Part shown: piece after piece, positions 20,174 through 29,502 of the stretch | Layout: each line of letters opens with the position of its first letter | How positions within the stretch are numbered: the first letter of the stretch is position 1 | From: a virus | DNA length: 64,000 nt | Virus record (IMG/VR): IMGVR_UViG_3300035670_000053 | Strand: one strand, 5' to 3' | The notes under the pieces: generated by a model | The model's database searches: none | The model's input: the letters and a program-made list of their open reading frames with translations, nothing else | Told to the model about the DNA's origin: nothing | Position numbers and translations under genes: made by a program

Positions 20174-20926
20174 TTAAGCTGTTCCAGTAGATTTTTGAAT
20201 TGTTTTAATTGATCCTACTTTATATCCTTCCATTCGATTAATTGCATCAAGCATTAAATTTTGCTGCTGTGGTGTTAATCTATTTAAGGGAGTATTTTGG
20301 CTGGTATTGGTTGCTTTTACTACTGCATCAATGTATGCTAATGTATTGTTTTCTGTAGGTGGAGCATATCTTGTTATAGCATCCTTAATGGTCATATTTA
20401 CATATTTAGATGATGGACTAAATAGCAATTGTTTCTTAGCATTAAAACCATCTTCCGGTGTAGCAAATACTGCAAAAGTTCCACTAGCACCAGCATTTCC
20501 TGATCCGACATATCCAGGTTGTTTTTTTGTCCACGGAAAATCTCTTAGGTTTCCAGGGTTATTCATCCTCCAGTTAACGTTTCCTTGTCTTCGTTGAATA
20601 TCCCCATCAACTGTTTCTACATCAATAAACCCAGGACCACTTTTTACAATTCTATCAATTTCTTTTTCTTGTGCTGGTTGTTGAGTAGCTGGGGCTTGTG
20701 CCGCTGATCCGCTTGTTAATAATGCCCTCCATGTATTAGGTCCAACTATACCATCTGCTGTTAAGTTATTGCTTTTTTGAAAATTTATAACTGCTTGTCT
20801 AGTATTATTTCCAAAAATGTTATCAGATTTTATTTTTAATAATGTTTGTACTTGACCAACTGCTGGACCTCTGCTACCTATTCTAAGTGTAGGATTAGTT
20901 TGTTCAAATAATTCTAATATTTTCAT
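20174..20926 (-). CDS. Peptidoglycan-binding domain plus lysozyme-like domain protein
   Basis: PG_binding_1 signature LRIGSRG..V..VQ..L...D..FG..T..AV..FQ....L..DGIVGP.TW; C-terminal NNPGNL...F.T...G...I..YAP..EN.T..Y. Confidence 0.75.
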   Translation of the reverse strand: MKILELFEQTNPTLRIGSRGPAVGQVQTLLKIKSDNIFGNNTRQAVINFQKSNNLTADGIVGPNTWRALLTSGSAAQAPATQQPAQEKEIDRIVKSGPGFIDVETVDGDIQRRQGNVNWRMNNPGNLRDFPWTKKQPGYVGSGNAGASGTFAVFATPEDGFNAKKQLLFSPSSKYVNMTIKDAITRYAPPTENNTLAYIDAVVKATNTSQNTPLNRLTPQQQNLMLDAINRMEGYKVGSIKTIQKSTGTA

Positions 20927-20933
20927 TTTATAA

Positions 20934-21374
20934 TTAATCTCTCTTTAAACTAGAACGTAACATCCAACCATGCTTATCATGTGCATCTATTCTAGCTGCA
21001 ATAAAATCGCTAAACCCATGCTCATTTAAAGATTCAGAAAGTTTAAATAATTTAGTAAAAATTATTTTCATTTTTTCATTGTCTTTAATTAATTCTTCTA
21101 TCATTTCTCTTGAAGATAATATTTTGGTTTCATCTTCAATTTGTGATAACATACTAAATCTAGTATAACTACCTGGCATATAAGTATTTAATGATCTGAT
21201 TTTTTCAGCAAACTCGTCTATACTGTCTTGGACTTCTTCATAAATTTTACCAAGAAGTTTATGATATTGATAAAAATCCGGCCCTTCAACGTTCCAATGA
21301 AAAAAATGAGCTTTTAAATAAAAACTAAATTCACTTGAAAATGCTATCTTCGCCAGTTTTTGTAAATCATCCAT
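20934..21374 (-). CDS. dps: Dps/ferritin-like protein
   Basis: HFFHWNVEG..FYQYHKLL..IYEE...DEFAE.IR; H.KH.WML. Confidence 0.85.
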   Translation of the reverse strand: MDDLQKLAKIAFSSEFSFYLKAHFFHWNVEGPDFYQYHKLLGKIYEEVQDSIDEFAEKIRSLNTYMPGSYTRFSMLSQIEDETKILSSREMIEELIKDNEKMKIIFTKLFKLSESLNEHGFSDFIAARIDAHDKHGWMLRSSLKRD

Positions 21375-21429
21375 GAAAGTATCCTATCTTTTTAGATATT
21401 TTATATATTTTATTTATCTGATAATGATT

Positions 21430-22053
21430 TTAAGTTACAGGATCAGTTAGTACTAACTGTAATGAATTTCCGTCTTTACGTATCATCCAGTTACCAGTAT
21501 GTAAATCACCTCTTGAATTAGGCAATTCATCCAATATTTCTGATACTAAATTTAAGGCTTGAAGTAGTTTTTCATCATGAACTTCCGATTTTAATATATC
21601 TAAATTTTCTTTAGTCCATAAAGTTTTTAAAAATCTAATTCTACTTTTTAGATTTATTCCGGTATTTCTGAATAATGGTAATAATATACTATCTGGGTAT
21701 TTACTTATCGGATCAAGCTTTTCCATAACAGCCAATCCTTGATATGAAATAGTGTCTTCAAATTTTGGATTAGGAAAAGAGAATACTTTAACAGATTCTA
21801 TTTTTGGTAAATATGAATTTGATGAAGATAAATTTTTTATCTTATTGGTCCATTCTAAATAGGAATCAAATTTTGGATTATGTATCTTCCAAATTTTTAA
21901 TATTTTATTATTTTTTTTAATATGATAAACTTTTGTTCCTCCACTAGAGGAATTATTGTTTATTTTTTTTAAAAATTTAGACTTGTCATTTACTGACAAT
22001 GCAGATTTAATATCTCTAATGTCATCTTCATTGATAATTTCTAATATTTTCAT
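21430..22053 (-). CDS. Protein-kinase-like fold protein
   Basis: Gly-rich SGGTKVY, LKI, VMEKL, catalytic DLHTGNWM, terminal TDP. Confidence 0.65.
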   Translation of the reverse strand: MKILEIINEDDIRDIKSALSVNDKSKFLKKINNNSSSGGTKVYHIKKNNKILKIWKIHNPKFDSYLEWTNKIKNLSSSNSYLPKIESVKVFSFPNPKFEDTISYQGLAVMEKLDPISKYPDSILLPLFRNTGINLKSRIRFLKTLWTKENLDILKSEVHDEKLLQALNLVSEILDELPNSRGDLHTGNWMIRKDGNSLQLVLTDPVT

Positions 22054-22058
22054 AGAAA

Positions 22059-22202
22059 TTATTTATTAGAATTATTTTCTGGATTTCCATCAATATGATG
22101 AATATGATAACTTATTTCATTTTCATCTTTCGGTATACTACTGTAATGATCTTCCCATATTTTTCTGTAATTGACTTTTGCTTTTTTATGCTTTTTACTC
22201 AT
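22059..22202 (-). pseudogene. Truncated HNH homing endonuclease (47 aa, not in ORF track)
   Basis: Hand translation MSKKHKKAKVNYRKIWEDHYSSIPKDENEISYHIHHIDGNPENNSNK*; stops right after HHIDGN..NN. Confidence 0.7.
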
Positions 22203-22399
22203 ATCGGGGTCTCGCCCGTTAACCACGGCTTAGCAAAAAATAACCGAAACCATTCTTCCGTCCCAGGTTTTATGTTATGTTTTTTCATTAATTCTGCTTT
22301 TTCCATACCAGTATAACTGATATTAGGTTCGCCGAAGTTAATATTTGTTTTTGTAGTAGTTATACCTGCTAGTTTTTTTAAATTATTAATATCATCCAT
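22199..22399 (-). CDS. Small hypothetical protein
   Basis: 66 aa; MDDINNLKKLAGI start; IKPGTEEWFRLFF. Confidence 0.65.
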   Translation of the reverse strand: MDDINNLKKLAGITTTKTNINFGEPNISYTGMEKAELMKKHNIKPGTEEWFRLFFAKPWLTGETPI

Positions 22400-22401
22400 A
22401 A

Positions 22402-22755
22402 TTAATTAAAATATGAATATTTTTTCAAATCATTATGGTAATGATCATATAATTTATTACACAGTTTTTCTCTTAAATCTTTATTAAAGACTTTTCCTAA
22501 TTTCCCATTTAGTTTATTTTTATCGTAAAATTCTTTACATCCCTGTTTAACCATAGGCATAAAGTATTCTATAATTTCTTCATTAGAAAAAGATTTTTTT
22601 TCATTAAAAGTTTCTGCTATATTAAAATAGTGATTTTTAAAAGTTTGATCACTGTTTAAAATGAACTCAAACAATTCATCTATTGGAATACTTGAATTAC
22701 TTTCTTCCTTTTTTGAATCTAATGAATGACTACCAAAAAATTCCATTAATTTCAT
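22402..22755 (-). CDS. Hypothetical protein, probable start MKLMEFF
   Basis: ATG at 22755 removes most of the overlap and gives the shared MK(I/L)xE(F/L) N-terminus. Confidence 0.55.
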   Translation of the reverse strand: MKLMEFFGSHSLDSKKEESNSSIPIDELFEFILNSDQTFKNHYFNIAETFNEKKSFSNEEIIEYFMPMVKQGCKEFYDKNKLNGKLGKVFNKDLREKLCNKLYDHYHNDLKKYSYFN

Positions 22756-22759
22756 GATT

Positions 22760-23185
22760 TCACCATGCTCGACATGACCAAAATTTGGCTTTCCATCTTG
22801 GACCCGGGTTAGCACAATTATGTCTTGCTCTAAAACTCTTACGGCGTTTAGGATTAGATTTTTTAATCCTCATTTTTTTGTCACCGAAATTTACTTTTAC
22901 CACATTTCCTTTTGGTCCCTTGACGTAAACTTTGCTTTTCTTAACGTCACCTTTCATTGGTTTACCTAAAGGTACTTTTCTTCCTTGGTACTCGGCTTCG
23001 TTAATAGTTTCCAATGGGAGGTATGATAACCCAGTATCGTCAATAGAAATGACAACTCCATCAGTAGTGAAATCTATGATGGATGTTTCTATGAGAATAT
23101 TGTCTAATTCAAGATGAAATACATCACCTATAGACATAGATTCCTCTAAGGAGGATGGATCAAGTACTAAATCACTAATTTTCAT
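22760..23185 (-). CDS. Putative head-internal protein with basic EAEYQGRKV...WSCRAW module
   Basis: Acidic N-terminal half and very basic C-terminal half; CTAAATA upstream. Confidence 0.6.
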   Translation of the reverse strand: MKISDLVLDPSSLEESMSIGDVFHLELDNILIETSIIDFTTDGVVISIDDTGLSYLPLETINEAEYQGRKVPLGKPMKGDVKKSKVYVKGPKGNVVKVNFGDKKMRIKKSNPKRRKSFRARHNCANPGPRWKAKFWSCRAW

Positions 23186-23228
23186 AATTGTATACCCTAT
23201 TACAATTATTTAGTGATTTTAATATTTT

Positions 23229-23633
23229 TTAATGATTATACAATATTGACTCAACTGAACCATCATTGATATAAACATGTCCTCTTACCCAAACAAAGTT
23301 TCCGGTAAAGTTTATTATATCTACAGTAGATGTATTTCTTACATTTAACTCAGTGTATGCCACACTTGAATTACTGACGTTGAACCAATCTGAATTGGTC
23401 GGTACTGTTGCTAGAGTGGCTTGCATTGTAATAGTACCTGAAAAGTCTTGTGTTGCAGTGTACATCACGGTATGCAAGCCATCGCTGCCACCAAAATAGC
23501 CATCACCTTTGACTTTATCGCTAATAAAAACTATAGCTTCAGTACCAGAATTTGGATATACCACAGCTGTTGTGCTGGTACTAGAAGGAGTATTTAACGG
23601 TACAAAGTTTAGAGTTTGACTTAATGCTGGCAT
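23229..23633 (-). CDS. Hypothetical beta-rich virion-type protein
   Basis: 134 aa; ATAAATA lies 7 nt before the ATG. Confidence 0.6.
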   Translation of the reverse strand: MPALSQTLNFVPLNTPSSTSTTAVVYPNSGTEAIVFISDKVKGDGYFGGSDGLHTVMYTATQDFSGTITMQATLATVPTNSDWFNVSNSSVAYTELNVRNTSTVDIINFTGNFVWVRGHVYINDGSVESILYNH

Positions 23634-23643
23634 AGTATAGTAT

Positions 23644-25890
23644 TTATACTTTTTCTAAAGCAATATCTGTTTTAGGCTGTACCAGCTTAATATAATCAAA
23701 AATTATTTCATCATTTGATGCATTAACTTCAACTGTTCCACCATTTTTAAGTTTACCAAAAAGAATTTCTTTACTTAGAGGCTTTTTAATAAATTCATCA
23801 ATAGTTCTCTGTAGTGGTCTAGCACCCATTTTACTGTCAAAACCTTTATTAATCAAGAATTTAATTGCTTCTGGTAGAATTTTGATAGATATATTTTTAT
23901 CTTTCATCAAACTATTAATTTCATCAATAAATTTCTTGACGATCTTTGTCATGGATTCTTGGTCTAATTTATTAAATTTAATTACACCATCTAATCTATT
24001 TCTAAATTCTGGTGCAAAGAAAGTATTTACTGCATTAGTGGGGTCAAAATCTCTTTCGATATTTCCAAATCCAACACTATTTTTTTCTGCATCAGCTGCA
24101 CCTAAATTACTAGTCATGATAATTATAGCATTTTTACCATCTGCCTTTTTACCATTACTTCCAGTAATTACTGCATTATCCATTAGCTGAAGCAAAACTG
24201 TAAAGACATCTGGGTGCGCTTTTTCAATTTCGTCAAAAAGAAAAATACCATTTGGATTTTCTTGTAGGCTTGTAACCAGTTGACCAGCATTATCATCAAA
24301 CCCAATATATCCCGGTGGGCTACCAATGAATTTACTGACACTATGTTTTTCTTGAAATTCACTCATATCAAATCTGACAAGCTTTGTGCCCATATTGATT
24401 GATAATTGTTTTGCAACTTCAGTTTTTCCGACTCCAGTTGGTCCTACGAACAAGAAGTTTCCTACTGGTTTATTTCCATTTTTAAGTCCAGCTTGAGCAA
24501 TAAATATTTTATCTAATAAAACATCGATGGACTTTTCTTGTCCAAAAACGCTTTGCTTCATATGCTTTTCTAAATTTTGAAGATTTTTACTCTCTTTTTC
24601 ATTTAGATTTTCAATAGGCATCTTTACCATTTTTGAAACTTCAAAAATAATTTGGTCATGGTCTACTGTTTTTTCTGATGAATTATTGAGTTTAAATCTA
24701 GCACATGCACAATCAATTAAGTCAATTGCCTTGTCTGGTAGTTTTTTATCAGTAATATATTTGATACTATATTTTACAGCATCAACAATTGCTTGATTTG
24801 TGATTTTTACACCATGATGTTTTTCATAGTACTTTTTCAACCCTTTTAGGATTTTTACAGTATCTTCTTCTGAAGGTTCATCAATTACAACTTTATGAAA
24901 ACGTCGCATTAATGCTCTATCTTTTTCAAAGAATTTCCTATACTCTTCCCATGTGGTACTTGCAATTACCTTGATATTACCTTTAGATAAGGCAGATTTT
25001 AGCATATTGCTCATATCATTGCTTCCACCATTACTAGTGCCAGCGCCGTTCATCATATGGGCTTCATCAATGAATAATATGCAATTACCTAATTTTTCAG
25101 AGGCATTAATTACTGCTTTCAGTCTTTCTTCAAAATCTCCACGATATTTAGATCCAGCTAACATTGCACTAATATCTAAATTGTAGATAGTATAGTTTTC
25201 TAAAAATTTTGGAACTGACTTATCCACGATTTTTTTAGCTAGCCCTTCAGCAATCGCAGTTTTTCCAACTCCGGGGTCACCTACTAAAATAGCATTTGAT
25301 TTAACTCTTCTAGCTAGAATCAGTTCAATATCTTCGATTTCTTTATCACGTCCAACTACTGGATCAATATTTTTATTTTTTGCTTTTTCATTTAAATTAG
25401 TACAAAATTGATTAATAATATTTTCATATTTAGTACTATTATTTGAAGATTTATTGGACTTATCTTCTTTATTCAAGAATTTTAAGAATTTTTCTTTATC
25501 AATATTTGCTTTTTTAAGCAAATATACAGCGTGAGTATTTTTTTCTGATAAAATACTTAAAAAACAGTCTATGGGCTCGATAATATGCTTACCAACTAGT
25601 AGAACATTGGTGAATGCTCTATTGATAACCTTATCTAAAACGTTTGTTTTTTTAGGTTTATTAATATCGGGGTTTATAATATCTTTTAAATCATACTCAA
25701 TATAGTGTTGAATATCATCTTTTAAAACCTCGACGTCTGTTCCAAAATCAGTTAAAAGTGAACAGAATTCTTCATTTGATACTATACTTAAAAGAAAATG
25801 TTCCAACGTAATATATTCATGCTTATTTTTTATAGCAATCATTATTGCATTTTCAAAAATTTCTTCTAAATCTTTATCAGTATCTATCAT
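23644..25890 (-). CDS. clpA: ClpA-like Hsp100 ATPase
   Basis: Clp N-domain (HEYITLEH); two Walker A motifs (GDPGVGKT, GPTGVGKT); KYRGDFEERL; GSPPGYIG; GARPL. Confidence 0.93.
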   Translation of the reverse strand: MIDTDKDLEEIFENAIMIAIKNKHEYITLEHFLLSIVSNEEFCSLLTDFGTDVEVLKDDIQHYIEYDLKDIINPDINKPKKTNVLDKVINRAFTNVLLVGKHIIEPIDCFLSILSEKNTHAVYLLKKANIDKEKFLKFLNKEDKSNKSSNNSTKYENIINQFCTNLNEKAKNKNIDPVVGRDKEIEDIELILARRVKSNAILVGDPGVGKTAIAEGLAKKIVDKSVPKFLENYTIYNLDISAMLAGSKYRGDFEERLKAVINASEKLGNCILFIDEAHMMNGAGTSNGGSNDMSNMLKSALSKGNIKVIASTTWEEYRKFFEKDRALMRRFHKVVIDEPSEEDTVKILKGLKKYYEKHHGVKITNQAIVDAVKYSIKYITDKKLPDKAIDLIDCACARFKLNNSSEKTVDHDQIIFEVSKMVKMPIENLNEKESKNLQNLEKHMKQSVFGQEKSIDVLLDKIFIAQAGLKNGNKPVGNFLFVGPTGVGKTEVAKQLSINMGTKLVRFDMSEFQEKHSVSKFIGSPPGYIGFDDNAGQLVTSLQENPNGIFLFDEIEKAHPDVFTVLLQLMDNAVITGSNGKKADGKNAIIIMTSNLGAADAEKNSVGFGNIERDFDPTNAVNTFFAPEFRNRLDGVIKFNKLDQESMTKIVKKFIDEINSLMKDKNISIKILPEAIKFLINKGFDSKMGARPLQRTIDEFIKKPLSKEILFGKLKNGGTVEVNASNDEIIFDYIKLVQPKTDIALEKV

Positions 25891-25903
25891 TTAGTTTTTC
25901 CTT

Positions 25904-26701
25904 TTATATAAAGTTTTTCAAAATTGCTTTTTGTTCATCTGTTAAATTTGTTGGTATTGTTATGTTTATTTTTATAAACAGTCTACCTCTTGTATTTGTC
26001 GAGTTATTAAACATTCCAAAATTTGGTACACCAAAAATTTGGTTATTTTGTGCACCTGGAGGAATGTTAATTGCTAGAGTTTTATTATCTATTGTGTTAA
26101 TTGTTAACTCTTTCCCCAAGATTGCTTCAAAGCATGACAATTGTACCACAGTCTCTAGGTCATCATCAAGTCGTTTAAATATAGGATGTGGTTTAATATC
26201 TACTGTTAAAAAAATATCTCCTCTTGGGATATTTTTAATACTATCATCTCCGATATTATAAATTCGTAAGGTAGTATTATGTTGAATACCTTTTGGTATT
26301 TTAATATCTATTAATTGATCTCTGCCGGATGGTAGTTTAACATTACTTATAATATCTTTGCCGTTAAAAGCTTCTTCTAAAGTTATTTCTACTTTAAGAT
26401 TTAAATTTTTATTTCTAAATTCTCTACGAAATACGTTGTTATTTTCAAAATTAAAAAAGTCTCTAAAAATATCAGATATATCTTGAAAATGGTTGTTTGT
26501 AGTCTGATTTTGGTAATTATCGTATTGAAGTTTTTTATCAGGATCGCTTAAAGTTGCATACGCTGCTTGTATTTCTTGAAATGTCTTAGTGTCGCCACCC
26601 CGATCAGGGTGGTGTAGACTTGCTAATTTTCTATAAGCAGATTTTATCTCTTCTTTAGATGCTGACTTTTCTATTCCTAATATAGTATAATAATCGGGCA
26701 T
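25904..26701 (-). CDS. DnaJ/CbpA-like co-chaperone (no zinc finger)
   Basis: J domain with HPD; DnaJ C-terminal domain; no CxxCxGxG repeats. Confidence 0.9.
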   Translation of the reverse strand: MPDYYTILGIEKSASKEEIKSAYRKLASLHHPDRGGDTKTFQEIQAAYATLSDPDKKLQYDNYQNQTTNNHFQDISDIFRDFFNFENNNVFRREFRNKNLNLKVEITLEEAFNGKDIISNVKLPSGRDQLIDIKIPKGIQHNTTLRIYNIGDDSIKNIPRGDIFLTVDIKPHPIFKRLDDDLETVVQLSCFEAILGKELTINTIDNKTLAINIPPGAQNNQIFGVPNFGMFNNSTNTRGRLFIKINITIPTNLTDEQKAILKNFI

Positions 26702-26724
26702 ATATTCATGTAATGGTATACATG

Positions 26725-26753
26725 ATCATACTATGTTTTTGAAAAATAGTCAA
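26725..26753 (-). promoter_or_regulatory. Sigma70-like promoter
   Basis: TTGACT-17 nt-TATGAT upstream of the DnaJ gene. Confidence 0.7.
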
Positions 26754-26756
26754 TAC

Positions 26757-26990
26757 TTATTTTTTTACTGGAACTTCTGTTCCTTCAAGTTTTCTTCTAA
26801 CTTTTATCTTTTTACATTCTTCGATTACTTTACCATTTTTATCTTTTAATTCTTTACCAGATTTGTCTTTTTTTGGATGACATACTTCTTTAATTTCACC
26901 TTTTCCGGCAGTATCTGTTTTTGGTTCATCTGCAAAAGATGGGCTTAAAAGAAATAGGCTTGTTATTATTGATAATAAAATATTTTTCAT
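26757..26990 (-). CDS. Small secreted protein
   Basis: Signal-peptide-like N-terminus ending in SFA; two Cys; Lys-rich. Confidence 0.55.
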   Translation of the reverse strand: MKNILLSIITSLFLLSPSFADEPKTDTAGKGEIKEVCHPKKDKSGKELKDKNGKVIEECKKIKVRRKLEGTEVPVKK

Positions 26991-27271
26991 ACATCTTCCT
27001 TTTTATCTGAATCTTCATTTTTATTACATTTTTTATCATTGGAAGACCCTAACATTATTCCTGATAAGGTTCCAGTTAAAAATGTAGCTATTGGAATAAT
27101 TAATTCAAAGAATTTTGTATCAATTGGGCTTATAGCATCTAACGGCTGTGTTACGAAAATAATACTATATAAAACTACAAATACAATCCCCATAAGGGTT
27201 AATGCTAAACATACTCCGACGAATACTTTAAGTCTAGCAAACAATTCTTCAGAAGTCATTCTTTCATTCAT
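26987..27271 (-). CDS. Two-TM membrane protein (holin/antiholin candidate)
   Basis: Two hydrophobic helices; sits in the lysis cluster. Confidence 0.55.
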   Translation of the reverse strand: MNERMTSEELFARLKVFVGVCLALTLMGIVFVVLYSIIFVTQPLDAISPIDTKFFELIIPIATFLTGTLSGIMLGSSNDKKCNKNEDSDKKEDV

Positions 27272-27466
27272 GGTTTCTACCTTCTTTAATTTCTGGACAT
27301 TCTCTCGATATTTCGCATGTTTCTTTTTGACACTCTACATTATTAATGTTTTTTGGATCTTGACATGGATATCTATACCTGACATCACATGAATACAACA
27401 TAAAAATTGATGATAGTATTAAAATTTTAGCGACTGTATTCATGTTTATCTCCTAAAAATAATTTA

Positions 27467-27952
27467 TTATAATTCCTCTCTTTCTGGCTGTACCGGCATG
27501 GCTCTTCCCTTAGAGTCAGTCAACACTTGATTAGATGTTTGTGGTCTATCAAATGATTGAAACTGCGAAGAACCTCCCATTGAATTAACAGGTTGTGGTT
27601 GCGCACTGAAAGATTGTGAAACTGGTGCTGAAAAACTTTGTGTTGGTTGAGGTGCTGGCAATGCTGGTTGATTACCACTTTGATTATTAATTCCAGCTAG
27701 CTTTTCTTGTCCTCTACTCCATGCAGTTACACCTAATACTGCACCCATTGCCATATGAAATAATCCTGCTCCTTGTAAGGTCAAAGGTTCCCATTGACGA
27801 AAAGCATCATTTTCTGGCATTACTTCCCAAAATTGAACAACTGCCCATAATATTGGAAATACTATAAAATCAAAAGCACAGACTGACATGTACATTATTG
27901 CCATCATGGGCCGCCATTTTTTCTGCATCCAATCTTCTTTATTTTCCGTCAT
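27467..27952 (-). CDS. Holin-like membrane protein
   Basis: KWRPMMAIMYM..C.FDF..FP and second TM (LFHMAMGAVLG); adjacent to the endolysin. Confidence 0.6.
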   Translation of the reverse strand: MTENKEDWMQKKWRPMMAIMYMSVCAFDFIVFPILWAVVQFWEVMPENDAFRQWEPLTLQGAGLFHMAMGAVLGVTAWSRGQEKLAGINNQSGNQPALPAPQPTQSFSAPVSQSFSAQPQPVNSMGGSSQFQSFDRPQTSNQVLTDSKGRAMPVQPEREEL

Positions 27953-28077
27953 GGTTTTTATCCTTTAAGTTTAATATAATTTCCTTTACCTTAGTTTGTA
28001 AATTTGTTGCCCATGCTGGTTGTGGTAAATTCCATCCTATGAACATTCCAATTAATAACCATAAAATTATTTCCATT

Positions 28078-28722
28078 TTACACTCCTAGCACATGTAATG
28101 CATGTTTATAATGATTTATTCTATCCTCTAAACCAATATAACCGCCATTTATCCTTCTAGTTAATTCTCTAATATCACCAGTATCTGCCCATTTGTTTAA
28201 ACTATTTGTTTCCCAAAACCAACAGGCACTCTGTACTGCTCCTTCAAATGTAGCTAGATATTCTGGTATTTCTTCAACTGGTGTTTCAATACTATCGGCA
28301 AATGCTTGATAATTATTTTTTCCAGTTAATTGAATTAAACCTCTACCGCAGTAACGATACCCATCTCCACTATTTTCATCACCATTTCCCATTCTATTAG
28401 CATAAACTCTATTAGCTATAGCTTCTTGTTTATTTGGAAGTGATGCATATTTTTGAGCTAACTCATCTGTTGGAAAATATTTTGGAAATATTTTTCTAAG
28501 AGTGGATGATCTATAATTTAGATTTTCTTTTAAGAACTTGAAATTTGCAGATTCGTGTGCACATTGTGCAACAAATGCAGCTACTCTTTGTGGAGTATTA
28601 ATATCATAATCGGGTAATAATCTTTCCATTGCATTATGCCATTGTTCAACATATGGGTTCTTTTTTATAATTAGTGCTAGTTGTTCTGCTGTAAGAATGA
28701 ATTTTTGCATTTTACCCTCCAA
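28078..28722 (-). CDS. Endolysin, glycoside hydrolase family 19
   Basis: AQCAHES, ENLNY, GRGLIQLTGK.NY, SACWFW, TRRINGG. Confidence 0.9.
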   Translation of the reverse strand: MEGKMQKFILTAEQLALIIKKNPYVEQWHNAMERLLPDYDINTPQRVAAFVAQCAHESANFKFLKENLNYRSSTLRKIFPKYFPTDELAQKYASLPNKQEAIANRVYANRMGNGDENSGDGYRYCGRGLIQLTGKNNYQAFADSIETPVEEIPEYLATFEGAVQSACWFWETNSLNKWADTGDIRELTRRINGGYIGLEDRINHYKHALHVLGV

Positions 28723-28747
28723 TGTTATTTACTAAATTTCGTAATTT

Positions 28748-29020
28748 TTATTTGTTTGATTTATCCATAATTTTCTTTTGGGTTGAATACCAATCTATCC
28801 AACCATCATTTTTATTAGAGCATTCATAATATAATTGATAATTGCGTATTATTACCTTTAAAAATTCACTAATGTCAGTGGCATTATCATTTGCTTGTAA
28901 TAAATCGGGACATTTTTCAAGTAAAGCTTTAGGAGCTTCTGGAAATTTTTGTTTTACTGGAACAACTGTAGTGCATGCTGATAAAAAAATGCTTGTTAAT
29001 AGTATAAAAAAAATTTTCAT
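28748..29020 (-). CDS. Outer-membrane spanin (lipoprotein) candidate
   Basis: Lipobox LSAC; Pro-rich segment; overlaps the i-spanin by ATGA. Confidence 0.7.
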   Translation of the reverse strand: MKIFFILLTSIFLSACTTVVPVKQKFPEAPKALLEKCPDLLQANDNATDISEFLKVIIRNYQLYYECSNKNDGWIDWYSTQKKIMDKSNK

Positions 29021-29502
29021 TTCTTATCTCCGTTAGGATTTTTTGCAGCTTCATTCAGTTGATTTAATGCAGCTTTATTATGTTCTTCCAAAATTATTTG
29101 TGGAACTGGACAATTTTCAACATATTTTACAACTTCTTCTTTTTCTTTTATTACACGATCTACATATTCTATTCTAGTATCGGCTTTTTGTTTTATTATT
29201 CTATCTTTATATACTATTTTCTCTTCAATTCTTACATTTTCAGTTTGACTCTCAACTTTTGCGTTTTCTAATTGTTTTTCTAAATCTTTTACTCTTTGTT
29301 CCCATTTAGCTTCATTTGCGGCAATTCCTAAAAACCATGAACCTATTACTATACATATTATCCCAGCAGCTTTTAATGGTACTTTATATATCCTAGTAAA
29401 CCATGAAAATACTAAACATCCTAGTCCTGTTAGCAACACAATGGTCCAGAACCAAGTTGGTATTAATCCTAATAAAGCACCAATTTGCCACATGATTACC
29501 AC
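29017..29502 (-). CDS. Inner-membrane spanin candidate
   Basis: N-terminal TM segments, coiled coil, C-terminal Cys-Pro. Confidence 0.65.
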   Translation of the reverse strand: MVIMWQIGALLGLIPTWFWTIVLLTGLGCLVFSWFTRIYKVPLKAAGIICIVIGSWFLGIAANEAKWEQRVKDLEKQLENAKVESQTENVRIEEKIVYKDRIIKQKADTRIEYVDRVIKEKEEVVKYVENCPVPQIILEEHNKAALNQLNEAAKNPNGDKK

